NCBI GenBank assembly: GCA_951406725.2
Contig: OX597822.1
Coordinates: 89,962,001-90,026,000 of the forward strand
Source: Octopus vulgaris
Taxonomy: Eukaryota
Direction: 5' to 3'
Length of the DNA stretch: 64,000 bases
A model generated the notes under the pieces. It saw only the letters and a list, made by a program, of their open reading frames with translations. It did no database searches and was not told where the DNA came from. The translations under genes and the position numbers were made by a program. Positions 50,385 to 62,900 of this stretch are shown here, one piece after another. How positions within the stretch are numbered: position 1 is the first letter of the stretch; each line of letters begins with the position of its first letter.

Positions 50385-52360
50385 CTGAACCATCAGTGAA
50401 ATTCATCTAATAATTTCTTGTGAAAATAACACTAAATTTGCCAATTTCTCAAATATCACTCACAACTTAGTTGCAAATCTATATTACCCTTTTCATAAAC
50501 CCAATGAATTTACCACAATATGGCAACGTCGTATCCCTGCACTTAATAACATTGTAACTTATCTCTATTAGAATTTTAGGCTTATCAAATAAAGATATCT
50601 TTAACAATCATACCCCATATTATAACCCAGCTTTCCAGATCAGTGGTTTCCCCTGCACTCTAAGCCCTCAAAGGCCAGGAACCAGGAAAACCTATGGTTC
50701 TTGCAACCTTTCTCCCTTCTAGTTTCTTTAAAATTCTGTACTCAATTTCTCACCGCAACATAGCATCACCCTATCTTCAATAAATCATCTATTAAAATCT
50801 CCTACTCCACCATGCCTAACATAGGATCCATAATCGCCTCCTGTAGTAGATGCAAACTTCACCACCTGTCTTTGGGCCCTATGATCCATGCACCTGAACC
50901 CCATCTGATTCAATACCTGCCCCAATGATACTCTCCATACTACTACTGGTATTGTCACATATAACAGCAGTGATGCACCCTCCAAATCTAACATCAGTAG
51001 TAATAATACCTTTAGTGTTTCTTCAGAGGTAATTGATCATACAAACCAGACCTTTCCAAGGATCAGTTTCAACTCTAGTGCAAGGAAGGAAACTTGCAAT
51101 TTCTGGGTGTCTCAACTCTGACTTCTTGGATGTTTCTATCTATGCAAAAATGTAACCTACATTCCTATAGGCTGTACATTTGCTGCACTGTTGATTTCAA
51201 GCACTGCTACTGAGCATGAATGAATTCTGTCTCCAATCAAACTTCTAAATTATCTACCTCTCTAGCAACTCACATACACAACCTCAAGTTCCAAAACATC
51301 CCCAGTACCCTATCCTGGTCCATTATCTGTAGGGTTCCACTGTACAACCACTAGCCTTGGAGTTTGTAAACTGTTTAAAAGAGAATCACTTGCCATCCTT
51401 TGCAACCACAACCCTACCATTACTTAATAAATTCTCGGATATAATACTTTCATGTAAGTACAAATTCTACTCATCGTTTTCCCATTATGTAAAATCTATG
51501 TAATTCCCAAACTACAATATTATCTTAAGTTACTCTAGTAATATATCCCTTCTATTATATATTTCTTCTTATGATTACCTTTGCAAATCCCTTTTACCCA
51601 GCACATCTCCCTTTACAGCTACCCCATCCTCATACTTTCAATTCCTTTCCCATCTCCACTTTGCTTCTTCAACCAGAACTGCTTAACACCACCACCCCTT
51701 GCCTTTGCTATCAACCTATCCTTCTTATTTATTCTCATACTTCAATACTTTTCTTCCACTACCAACCAACCTATGGTCATTCTTTGAATCCACCTTTCGC
51801 CACCCTACTGGCATCTACTAGATCTTTTCCCTCCCTTCTCTCACTATTCCAATTCCCCTTCTCAGTTCGATAGCCCCACCATCTCTATTAACATATTTTG
51901 TCAAACCCAACAATGCTACCCCTTCCACTCATCTCTCCACTACTTCTTTCAATACCCTGTTCACTCACCTTTCCTTCTTTCTAATCTGACTCTCTTATCG
52001 CTTCTTGCTCTTCCTTGCTATAACACGCTTGACACCCCCATCAAACTGACTACTTCTTCCCTCCACTTCTGCTTGCCTTCCTTTTCACTCACTCCACCTT
52101 TAAATTTTCTTGCATTATGGCTTGAAATGTTAGATATCTATCTCTCCACCCTGAAGATGGAAATTGGATCTACCTAATGTTTATATGCTTCCACTACTGG
52201 TTGTATATCCTTGACTTTTTGTGAAATACATCTGTCAATACTATGAAGTAATTCCAAGGCCCCAGAAACAGCTGTCAGACCTATAACACCATACTTTCTC
52301 CCCTTCATTTTCTGTGTCTTTGTACAATGAATAAGTTTGCTCTGTTAATACATAAATATC
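50385..52360 (+). mobile_element. Highly degenerate Penelope-like element of a second type (possibly Naiad-like)
   Basis: IKISYSTMPNIGSII at about 50790-50835; LGVCKL..RESLAI and LNK.S.I remnants at about 51355-51450; pyrimidine-rich UTR; terminal hammerhead. Confidence 0.65.
52146..52280 (+). ncRNA. Hammerhead-like motif with about 100-nt stem-loop II
   Basis: CUGAAGA-UGG(aaa)UUGGA...UCCAA(ggcc)CCA-GAAA-CAGCUG-UC, with palindromic ACAGCUGU. Stem I is poor. Confidence 0.6.
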
Positions 52361-52364
52361 TATA

Positions 52365-52558
52365 TGGCGAGCTGGCAGAAACGCTAGCATGCCGACCGAA
52401 ATGCTAGCAGTATTTTGTCTGTCTTTACGTTCTGAGTTCAAATTCTGCTGAGGTTGACTTTGCCTTTCATGCTTTCGGGGTCGATAAATTAAGTACTGGT
52501 TGTGTACCGGGGTCAATCTGATCAACTGGCCCCGTCCCCAAAACTTTTGGGCCTTGAG
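52365..52558 (+). mobile_element. SINE family B
   Basis: Same head and core as 33755. Confidence 0.85.
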
Positions 52559-53149
52559 TAACTTCTGATTTCTCATTATTTTCTCCCTGTCTGTTTCAAA
52601 CCATGAAGCTGCAAGTATTGCTTCATCTTTTGAAGTAAAAACAAGCCAGCACTGTTGTTGAAGTTGAGAGAGTTTGAAACATAGTCAGGAATTGGGTAAT
52701 TTTTCTCAAGGAATTTTTTCTTAACTTTGAACCAGTCGTAACTGAGGTTGCTAATAAAATATCTGGATAAGTTTTGGCATATAACAATCAATATTCTTTC
52801 CTCTATAGGATTCCAAGTCGATTTTTTATGCACACAAGTGTCTAATTTGATAATATTTAATTTAAATAAGTGACGTCTAAACTGGGGCAAAATGAATCAT
52901 GACTAATTTCAATAATTTCTTCTTTTTAACTTCATGGTATGTAAATATATCATGAAGAGAGCCATTCCAGCAGATTGTGAAGAAGCTATAGAGAATATTA
53001 TATGTGGAATTTTCAGATTTAGTTGAATTTGATATATGTCACTTTTCCATGATCCTCTTTCAATTTGACCTAGATATTTTTAATTTTTGTCATATTTCTG
53101 ATATCTAAGGATGAATACTGATGTTTTTATTTTTATTTTTTTAATTTTA

Positions 53150-53450
53150 TCTAGTTTCAGCTCACAAGCTGTGGCACCGCCATTCGGTGTTGCTACATGA
53201 TTTTACTTCACGAATGCTTTTTAGCAATTGCCATTTGGTGCATGAGAGAGTTCGATGCAGCTGCCCTCATCTGTACCTCCTGCCATGAAGTTGGTTCATC
53301 TGGGACACCTGACAGGAAGAGATCCAGTTTTATTTTAAAGACATCTGCATCCCATGCAGGTCTCTCAGGTCCTTCAGGAGGATATTGAAGAGCTGTGGAC
53401 CTCTGAAGCCCAGGCTACCACAGTATCTTGTCCTACATCTTGACAAATGC
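53150..53450 (-). mobile_element. CR1/L2-group LINE 3' fragment
   Basis: Homologous to 42320-42540 (GPQLFNILL..LRDL..FKIKLDLFLS.VPDEP). Confidence 0.7.
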
Positions 53451-54299
53451 ATTTCTGGAGAAACAAAGAAGCAAATTTACCTCATCTCACCCATTTTGCC
53501 CCAGCTAGTTTTGTCTTTTATATGCTCAAAAAGAACGGGGATAATTTTCTGAGATAGTGTTCAGATTATGAAAAATGTTTTTAATGCATTTAGAGAAGGT
53601 CATTTGCTTAAACTGATATAATTTTTGTATGGTAGTGAATATTTGCAAAAATATTGTTTTCTCAAAGTCAAAAGTAAATCATACTCATGTCCCCTGTATA
53701 TATTTTTTTGATGGTTTTTGATGGTTTTAAATGATTCTAACCATTGAAACCATGCACGGGCAGCCTGTCTTGAGATATGACTTGTCATCAGGTGGACCGT
53801 AGTTTTCCCATGACAAATGAAAACCATCGGAAAAATAACTTGTTTTTTAAGGTAAACTACCCATTCAAAGTGAGATGGATGTAAATAGTAAAAGCTTACC
53901 TGAAAGTTAGCCGTATCAGAAAAACAGCCGAACCTGTTATAATCGGTATAAAAGTTATAGAAAACAGAATTAAATGGCATGAATTTACTATTATATTCGT
54001 CTATGAAGGAGAAATTTATGTGAATCCTCTATTGTTTTCAGTATTTTAAATGAATCTGGCCATCAAAACCATCGGAAATCATTCGTTCTTTCGGTAAGCC
54101 ACATTTTCAAAGTAATATTGGGTTGGTGCATAATTATTGCGGCTTTTTATCAACAAATTTTATTCAACAAAAGCAATAATGATATTTAACAAAAACATCT
54201 TTAAATGACGGTCTGACCATCTGCAAAGCAAATGGGAAGCAGTAATTGAAGTAGATGGTGAATATGCTCCGGAAAAAAATCATCTAAAGATGTTTTTGT

Positions 54300-55632
54300 T
54301 ACAAGTTGTGGCAAGACTTCTGCCCGTCCCCCACCCAAAAAAAGCCACCCGCTTAAAAAAATTTTTTAGAGACAACCCCCACCCCTTTTGGCTACGGGGA
54401 ATACGAATCTGCAAAAAAATTGGTTTTTTAAATCACCACTCCCATTTCCTTCATTTTTCAGAAATTTTTTCAAAATATGCAGAAAAATACGGAGATTATG
54501 ATTCTGAAAAAAAAATTTCCAAAAAGTTTTGTAAAATTTTTGTAAAGATTTTTTTCTTTTTTTCTAAATATGCAGAAAAATACGGACATTATGATTCGGA
54601 CAAAAAATTAAAAACATTTCTGTACTTACAGTTAGGGCCAGGGTTTTAGGGTTAGGGTTAGTGTTGGGGTAAAAAGTCAAAATTAAAGAATTGGGGGGGG
54701 AAATTTAACTGCTGATTTTTGGCAATTTTCCAGAACCTCTGTATCCGAAAATAGGGGTTTTTGGCAAAAGATTTTTTTTAAATAAGCAAATTTGGGAGAA
54801 AACAGTGGGGGGACGAGTGGAAGTCTTTCCGAGTTAGGGTTAGTGTTGGGGAAAAAGTCAAAATTTGAAAATGTTTTTTTGGGGGTGGGTGGGATTTAAC
54901 AATGCCGATTTTTGGCAATTTACCTGGGCCTCCGTATCCGAAAACAGGGGTTTTTGGCAAAAACGATTTTTAAAAAATAAACAAGTTTGGGAGAAAATGG
55001 GAGGTGGGCGGAAGTCTTTCCAAATTCGGAATTCCATATGGAGAGCAGATTTTGAAAAATAGATTTGGTGGCGATCCTTCGGTATAAGTACACACGTGAC
55101 TTTGTTTACATTTCTGAAGATAACAGAAACCCTTTTCTCTCACCCCTAACCTTAACCCTAACCTCCCATATATATAAAAAACAACAACACTTTCTTGAAA
55201 TGTATCCGGTACTTATACCGAAGTTACGCCGATGTGGTAATTTACCATAGATATTTTTGTTTACAAAAATTTCAATTGTAACCCCTCTCCCACCTTTCGG
55301 ATTCCTCATCTCACCCTTCGTTGACGACATTCCGGATGTTTTTAAATTCATCTGCTCATTTACGCATGCGTAAAAACTTTCCGAGGCAGCAGACGAAATG
55401 ATGGAGGCCTCAACGCAATCGTCCCACATTCTAGAAATAACAGCTAAAGCTCTGAAAAAGATCTTTTTCCAAAATTTCATTTTTTAAAACTCCTTATCTG
55501 TCTTTCAGAATGACACCAGCCCAAAAGAAACAAGAAATTCATCAGCATATAAGTCCCATCCCACTCCAGCAAACTTTTGTCGAAATATTAGGTAAATTTT
55601 TGGCACCTCTTTCTTAATTAACGAGAAGGCAA
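54300..55632. mobile_element. Helentron/DINE-1-like non-autonomous element with TTAGGG-like tracts
   Basis: Starts with acaag and ends in the imperfect palindrome cctctttcttaattaacgagaagg plus an A-run. Has internal approximately 185-bp tandem units and follows a mariner-like end at 54117. Confidence 0.45.
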
Positions 55633-56910
55633 AATAGACTTTTCACTCATTTGCTTTGCAAGAAAAGAGCACATAAGAAATGAGTTATTAGATATGTCAA
55701 GCTAAGTGAAAATCGACGAAAGGAAAACTAATGCTAAAGTTTATGAAACTGAAAGGAAAACCCTAAAATAATAATTTTTTATGTTTACAATTCACCCAAT
55801 ACTAGGCCCCCGTGCAATACGTCCCCTACAAAGGTCGAGATCACATCACATAAGAACATTGCGACACAATTTCTTCACTGCAAATGGTCCTGCACATTTC
55901 AATGCCAAAGGAAATCAAAGTAGAAAAAGATCCCACAGCTTTCAAACGGTGCCGGGACAAATTCCTCCAGGAAATACCGGATAAACCGCCTACATCGGGA
56001 TACGTCTAAACCAACTCTCTGCTTGAGTGGTCCATGGTGTCCCGAAATAACTAACTAAAAGACTTTTCCAGGTGGTGTTATTGAGTTAGCCATGACCTGG
56101 ACCAATAATGGCCGAAACCAATCTATATATATATAAACCTTACTGAATAATTTCTTTTACATCTGCTACAAACAACAACTCTATATAATCACAAATTCCC
56201 ATCTCAAACACTAATGCAAAATGGAAGAGTAACAACAAAACAATTAGAAGCCACAGCAAAAATTCCGATTGTATCAAAACTTATTCCCTATTACAAACAA
56301 GGTGGTCGCAGTGTAGTGTAAAAAAGAAAATTTCTTTCACGATCACTAAACTTCTAACTAAAAGCATGTATAATAAACCGTTTACTGTACAGAAAATTAA
56401 GCAAAAAATATATCTCAAGAAATTTAGCTTCCACCTAAGAAAATTATTTTTAGATCATAAAACCATTTGAATTTAGCAATTAGTAACTAACTAATATAAA
56501 ACATAAGATTTGTAACGGCTTCTCTAATAAAAAGTTCATAATAAAGTTTTTCATTAATTTATTACACGCTAGCTAATGAGAAGAGACAAAATTAAGAGGA
56601 GCTACTATTCGAAAATTATTACAATAAAGAATTTCAGCGCTACATAAAAAGCATTTATCGTGTAATAATGAGAATATAAAGAATTAGACAACTTTGTTAT
56701 AAGCAAAATATTAACACGCTGAAAACAAATCAAGAGTTACAAAAGAAAACGTTTCAACGAACAGAACATTAACAGAAAATGAAATTTTGTTAGGAAAAAG
56801 TCAACATCCCACTCATAAGTTGCATTATTATTAATTTAGAAGTTATAACTGAAAAAATTGCTTTAATATGAAGCAAATTAAATCACAGGCAAGCTGAAAT
56901 AGCGATTTAC

Positions 56911-56917
56911 CTGCCAT
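56911..56917 (-). CDS. Candidate start-codon exon end (ATG GCA G|gtaaat) for the L1-like gene
   Basis: gcgaaATGG is a good Kozak context, followed by a CAG|gtaaat donor. Phase 1 matches exon A, and it lies in unique, CpG-richer DNA downstream of the neighbouring gene. Speculative. Confidence 0.3.
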
Positions 56918-57288
56918 TTCGCTCAATCTTCTGCCGAAACGAAAACTACATAACTGATTATTTTGCATCAATTTCCGTTTACCTTATTTAGGATGCAACA
57001 TCGTTTATATTTGTAATCCAATCTGAAACAAACTGTACTATACATAATTAGAGATATTTATAGCTATTTTATTTAGGAAAGTCTGGCTCATCGTCATAAT
57101 AATAATATCTACATTCTTATACACTATGTGTCAGCGTACTGCGATATGTAAACTGGATGTGCCCCAATATAATATATTTAAAAAATGCGAAAAATACAAA
57201 CCGCTAATTTTAATTACATCAAGTTTTGATATCTGTCTTTAAGATTCTGTGCATAAAAGCATTTCATATTAATAAGCCAAATTATATA

Positions 57289-57493
57289 CAGTAATCCCTC
57301 TCCATACCGCGGTTTATTATTTAAGCTTACGTCGATTCCTCCGTGGTGTTGTTTTGCATTTATAATAAAATAAATATATACAAATTATAAAAATAAAAAT
57401 AATGCAATACAATACTGTTTCTACTTCGCGTATTTTCACCTATCGTGCGAACTGAGGCGGGACGTAACACTAGCGATAGTCGAGGGATTGCTA
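57289..57493. mobile_element. Tigger/pogo-like MITE
   Basis: TA-cagtaatccctc ... gagggattgcta-TA terminal inverted repeats. Confidence 0.7.
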
Positions 57494-60443
57494 TAAATAC
57501 CGTTTGAAAGCACATTTAAGAAATTTTATGGACAAAATATTTGCTTACTAGTGTATCACGAAATAAAAAGAACGGGACCAGTTTTAATGAAAACCACAAA
57601 AGCATCGCGAGTGATGTCTCATCAATTGTGGAGTTTTTGCGGGTTTACAATAAGGGAACGGATACGTTTATGTATTAATGTCTTACAGAATGTCTCACAT
57701 GTTTGGTGCTTCTTTTTTTTTTTTTCTACTGATCTTATAGCAATGAGTCGGGGTTTGAAACTAAAACAGTTTGGTTCACAAGATGACGCACAATTTGTAG
57801 GGGACGTACTTAGCGATTAAATCTACTTAGCTCATTGCTGATAAAAAAAACAAAAAAACACTCAACCCCAAAAGGTTCAAAATTTCTTACATTCCACAGC
57901 CCTCTTCTCTAGATAATAATTACTAACTCCATTAGTGGGAATACCACAATTATTTTGAAAACAGTAAGATGATTTGAAGTTTATTACAGTGCATGTAATA
58001 TATATCTTTTGAAATAGTATTTTCTTTGTCTACATAGGTAGAATTAAAAGTGCAGTCATAGGAGACATCTAAAAGGTAAAGGCCTTGTTATACACTTGTC
58101 ACATTTAACTTCAGAGTTGTAATCTACTTTCATTTTGTCAAGAAGTAAATCTCAAGTATGGAATGAAATCGAAGATTTAATCAAGCTACAATATTCTGCT
58201 ACTGTACAACGTTGATAAAGCTTCATATTTTAATAGCTGTATTACTATCTTATTTTCACATCAGTGAGCGAATTGTAGTAGCTACCCCATAAAGCTGTGG
58301 ATTCTAGGAAAAAAAAAAGTTATGTAACGGTTAGTACTTCGTTGCAATCAAGAGTCACCAATTGTGAGAACTGTTCATGCGATGGTGAAGGCTGCAATTC
58401 TTTAACTTGAGGTCACCAATTTGTAACGGTTAGTATTGTTAAGGTATTGGTTGCCAGTGTACAAGATAGAAGAACAGTGATTGAAGTTGTAAAGAGATAT
58501 TTATTTACTGGTACTTTGTATATATCCAAAACTACGACGGGTTGGTATATATAACTAATAAATGGAAAAGCATGCGGGATAAAAAAAGTTAATTTCGGCT
58601 GGTATGTGTGTACACGATCTCATAGTAGTATATATAGAGAGAGATATGGTAAAGTTACAGAGAAAAGAAAGTTAGTGAAAGTGAGAGTGGTAGGACGAAA
58701 CAGCTGCTTAGTTGGTGAGTTACCATAGTTGTCCCTTTGTGCCTTTTCCTTTAGAGATAGCGTTTTCTTCAGCCGGTCAGCCAGACTCGGTTTTCACCAA
58801 CTAATTCCTTATTCAAGCACTCAGGCTCTTACCCAGAGGAGATGACTTTAGCTTACGGAGTTCTTGTTTTCATAACTATCCAAAACCAGAATAGACCTGT
58901 TAAGTGAAACTTGGCGATCGAGGATCGAATCCACGCCATGCCCGCATGAAGCTACTACAGTTATATAGATGTAACCATGGCTGTTGAATAAAGAAGTTCG
59001 CATCGTAACTAAATGTTCCGGGTTCGGACCAACTGCATAGCACTTTGGGCGAAAGTCTTCTACAATAGCCTTGGACTGATCAATATTTTGAATCAAATTT
59101 GCTAGTTAGAAATAGTCTGGAAGTCCATTGCATGTGTGCGCGTGCGTGCATGTGTGTGTGAGCGCGTGAATTTTATGCCGCTTGAAACCGCACTTACCAG
59201 GAAACAAAAATGGGGTGAAGACAATGATATAAAAGCCTCATCAGTTTTTAAAATTTTTTATCAACATAATCATAATCTACATTGCTGTAAATGTGTCTGC
59301 AACATTTCATCAACCCTTTCCTGGATTATTCCAAGATATTTCGAATTTTGATAATGTTATTTTTTTTGCAAAAGCACGAGAAAACTCCTGAAAATATACA
59401 TGTTATGAAATGGGCCCTAACGTGAGATCATGTGGTTTCCAAAGCTTGCTGGATCACCCCAATACACACACGTTGACTAGTGAACTTTAACGTTTGGTAG
59501 CCATTTTTGACAGTTTCTAGTCAGTGCTCGAAGGGAGAGCACGCATGAATGAATATACAGCTTGCTCACTGGAGTTATTGTTCTTGATTTTGTTTTTGTA
59601 CTTTCTGATATTGAACCCATGCAATGAAAAACGAGGAGTATACGAAGTGTGAGGCATCTTTGCCACGGAGGAAGAGGAGTCTAAGGTTTCAGTTCACAGA
59701 AATGTAAGACAAGTCAACTATGCAACCAGTATGAAAATAGGAGAGAAAGAGAGAAAGGCTGGTTACAAGTCACATGCCAACAGTAAGCAGAGGAGAAAGA
59801 GGGCAAGAGAGAGCGACAGAGAGAAAACAATGGAAGGGAAGGAGAAAATCTAGAAATAGAAGAGGGCGAGAGAGAGAGAGAGAGAGAGAGGGGGGGAAAT
59901 GAGAAAGAGGGAAGGCTAGAAATAGAGTCGCACGGATATATAAAGAATTGATTGCAATGTCACTGCAACGATTTTTGTTTCAATTCTTACAGGTATTTCA
60001 CAAACTTTGCAAGGAAACATATTTATTGGTCAAAATTCAGCCTATAATTGAATACTTGTTCCACCTGCTGAACTCCGTCCGTCCATCTGTTTCTTATGTT
60101 ACGTTCGTCCAGTGGTCGAGGGACCCTTTCTGTTTGTTATTTCCTCGTGTTTGTATATGTACATTCGTTTGCCTTACTCTGGGGCTTGGTACTTTCAGCT
60201 TAGGCCCTTGGCCCAGCTGGTTTTGAGTGGTGTCGGAGATGGTTGGGTAGGGCTACATGGGCATTTGGGACTCCGACTGAGGGGGCTGTTGGCTGTGGAT
60301 GGTCTGTGTATCTTATTTTGTCCTGTTTGTTGTTGTGTTATTGTCCTTTTCCTGCTTCTTGTGCTTTGGCGGTTTCTGTTTGTTGTTTATTGCCTTTGAT
60401 TTATATATATAAAGCAAAGTATAGATAATATTGTAGTAAATTC

Positions 60444-60562
60444 GACTTACAGCTGTTTCTGACAGTTATTATAGTTCATTGACCAGTTTATTCAATCAGT
60501 CCACTGATTGGTTGAGAAAAATTGAACGACCTTAAAGAACTAATGCTATCTTTATCAGAGTC
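60444..60562 (-). ncRNA. Hammerhead motif with long loop II (G8A change)
   Basis: GACU-CUGAUAA-AGAUAG...CUGUCA-GAAA-CAGCUG-UA-AGUC. Stem I GACU/AGUC pairs and stem III is palindromic. Confidence 0.65.
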
Positions 60563-61299
60563 ATACATATATATGTAACTTACACTAAAAATGTTTTACT
60601 GGTCAAAGAATCCTATGCTTTAGTAATCATTTTTTTTTTTAGAAAAATGGTGTCACAATTTCAGAATCAAAAAATAGAGGCAACATCTTCATTTTTCTGA
60701 CAATAAAACTTATGATCATGAAATTCACCTTCATCCTAAACTAAAATAAGATACATGATGTCTTCTGTCCTTTTTTCAGAGTTCATACATTCCAAAAAGA
60801 GATAGCATTAACAAAAGCCTTATATTGTATAAGAGTAGTCTTGTGTGTATTCAGTCCATTCCTCTGAAGCAGTACATCTAGGATGAAATATTTTATGTTG
60901 CATGAATCTGAATCAGAGTATGCTTGAGTAGTCATTGTACACAAGAATACGAACAAAGCTTAATGAGGAATTTAGTGACCTCCCAATGCTCGTATAGGTA
61001 GTTATAACATTCATGAAACCTTTGCTACAACAAAGCTACTGCCTAAGTATTAATCACTCTTATACTAGTCCTCAACTAGCTGATATACTCGTCCAGAATT
61101 ATATTGAGGTGTAAGGTACTGTGCACCAAAATCGGTAATACATAAACTTCTGGAGAAAGAAAAACTGAAAAGGTGTGAAATTTGTGTCTTTCAGATGGAA
61201 GGCCTTGACCCTAAAATAGAAAAAAAATCATGAAGAAAGTAACAAAGTCTACACACTTGATTCCTTGGATACTAACTGCTTCAGTATGATGGGAAACCA

Positions 61300-61955
61300 G
61301 TATGGAGTGGGATAAGGTAGGAGATATAGGAGTGGCTCAAGGAGAACAGAACAAAAAAATGTACTAGGTGTGGGAGCAATATAGTGGGTGAGTAGGTCAT
61401 GATGGTAAATATGTGAAGGCATTGAGAATGACAGCAGATAAGAGGTGTTTAGAGGGAAGAGAGAACAGTGGCTGAAGGCACAGAAAGTAGGGGGTGATTG
61501 GTCGAAATGGTGGGCTCAGGAATGATGAGGAATGTAGGAGACTCTTAGGGAGGGGATGGGATGTAATGTGTGCTGCTTCTGCTCTCAGGTGAGTACAATA
61601 GCCAATTAGTACCAAAGTAGAACAAGCATAACTAAGTGATTTTAGGTTATCATTTTTGCTGTAATGGACAGGTCTTCTTGAGCACAGCAAAATGACAATC
61701 ATATCAGTCCCTTGTCACCTCTCCTGTAAGGCTCAACAACTTGAGATCAGCTTTCAAAACTTCATTTCATTTCTTCTTGGGTCCACCGCTTCCATGAATT
61801 CCATCCACTTTAAGCCATTGACACTTCTTTATGCAACCGTCTTCATTCACATACATCATCTGACCAAACCCGTGCAGTCTTCTTTCTTGCATGCTACATC
61901 TAATTCCTCTTATGCCTAACTTTTCTTTCAATACATTTGCACTTTGTTGTACATA
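61300..61955 (-). mobile_element. Old RTE-type 3' fragment with long UTR; related sequence at about 330-1215
   Basis: LGIRGIRCSMQERRLHGFGQ. The motif catttttgctgtaatggacaggtct is shared with about 1175-1200. Confidence 0.65.
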
Positions 61956-62768
61956 CACACTATGGGCTTCTTTCAGTTTTCATCTACTAAATCTACTTGT
62001 AAGTCTTTGGTCTTAAACTCAACCACAAAACTATTATTTACATCATCAATGGCAATGCTATCAATTAGAAAAGAAAGAAAACCCCAATTACTTTTAGTTC
62101 TGATACCCAGAAATAAGATGATTTAAATCAAAATATATTTTGAAAAAGCAAAGGAGTAAGATGGTAATTCTGAGACAATCTTGGATTGATTACAAAGAAA
62201 TCAAAATCAAACTAAAACTTGACTGTTGAGAAGTCACCATCACAAAATGTGTGTATACTGAAAAATTAGATATATGTCATTACTATTAAGGCACTAATTT
62301 AATGAAAAAGGATGGAAATGTTTTATTTGTGAAATCAGTTCAAAACAAAAATGAAATGTGCATGTATGACTGAGAGTGATTATAATTTACTGTAGGTTCA
62401 CCATAATAATGATTTAAACAATACATGTTCCATTATAATTATTGTTGTTGTTGCTCTTATTATTATCATTAAAGATGTAAAGAATGAATGAGAAAAAAAA
62501 AAACCCAAGTATTATCAAACAATACTTAACAAGTGTTCTTAACCCCCAAATTGCTTCAAACCATGTTTTTAAGATTTAATTAATATTAGTGTATTAATAA
62601 TAATCTTCATAGAATGTTAGGAATATAACATTCAATTTGATCTCCACCAAGAAAATAACTTACACATTTCCTCCTTTGAATAACCCATAAAAAAAAAAAT
62701 CCTGTGCTAGCTTAGGTTCTTTTTTTCTCTCTTTAAATAATAAATGTGTAATAATTTTGTTTCTCACT

Positions 62769-62900
62769 TCAAGTGAGATAATGTTCAAAATTCCACTTTT
62801 GGCTATCTGATTTAGAGCACTTTTGTGTAGAAACAGATTCCCCAGCTTTTGTACTGTGAAGACATGCTCCAGTCATTACATGAACCAATGTTCCATTATT
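62769..62900 (-). CDS. Terminal exon of a ricin-B lectin-domain protein, probably a polypeptide N-acetylgalactosaminyltransferase (GALNT family); the gene continues beyond the window
   Basis: Acceptor aattttacag, 132 nt. Translates NNGTLVHVMTGACLHSTKAGESVSTQKCSKSDSQKWNFEHYLT*, with the ricin gamma-repeat pattern G.L.H..TG.CL...C....QKW.F at the C-terminus. Confidence 0.8.
   Translation of the reverse strand, partial: NNGTLVHVMTGACLHSTKAGESVSTQKCSKSDSQKWNFEHYLT

Noticed and set aside
52576-52890. 104-aa ORF ending in a SAP-like motif (MKQYLQLHGLKQTGRK)
   Set aside because: The motif is truncated by stop codons, there is no supporting exon structure, and the similarity is too short to call.
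54630-54850. True or interstitial telomere
   Set aside because: Only 2-3 TTAGGG units, embedded in a longer repeated unit.
58323-58856. Solo LTR starting TGTAACGG
   Set aside because: No clean CA end, target-site duplication or second copy visible.
59945-60025. PHD-like peptide MFPCKVCEIPVR on the minus strand
   Set aside because: Frameshifted and very short; probably a LINE ORF1 scrap rather than a host exon.
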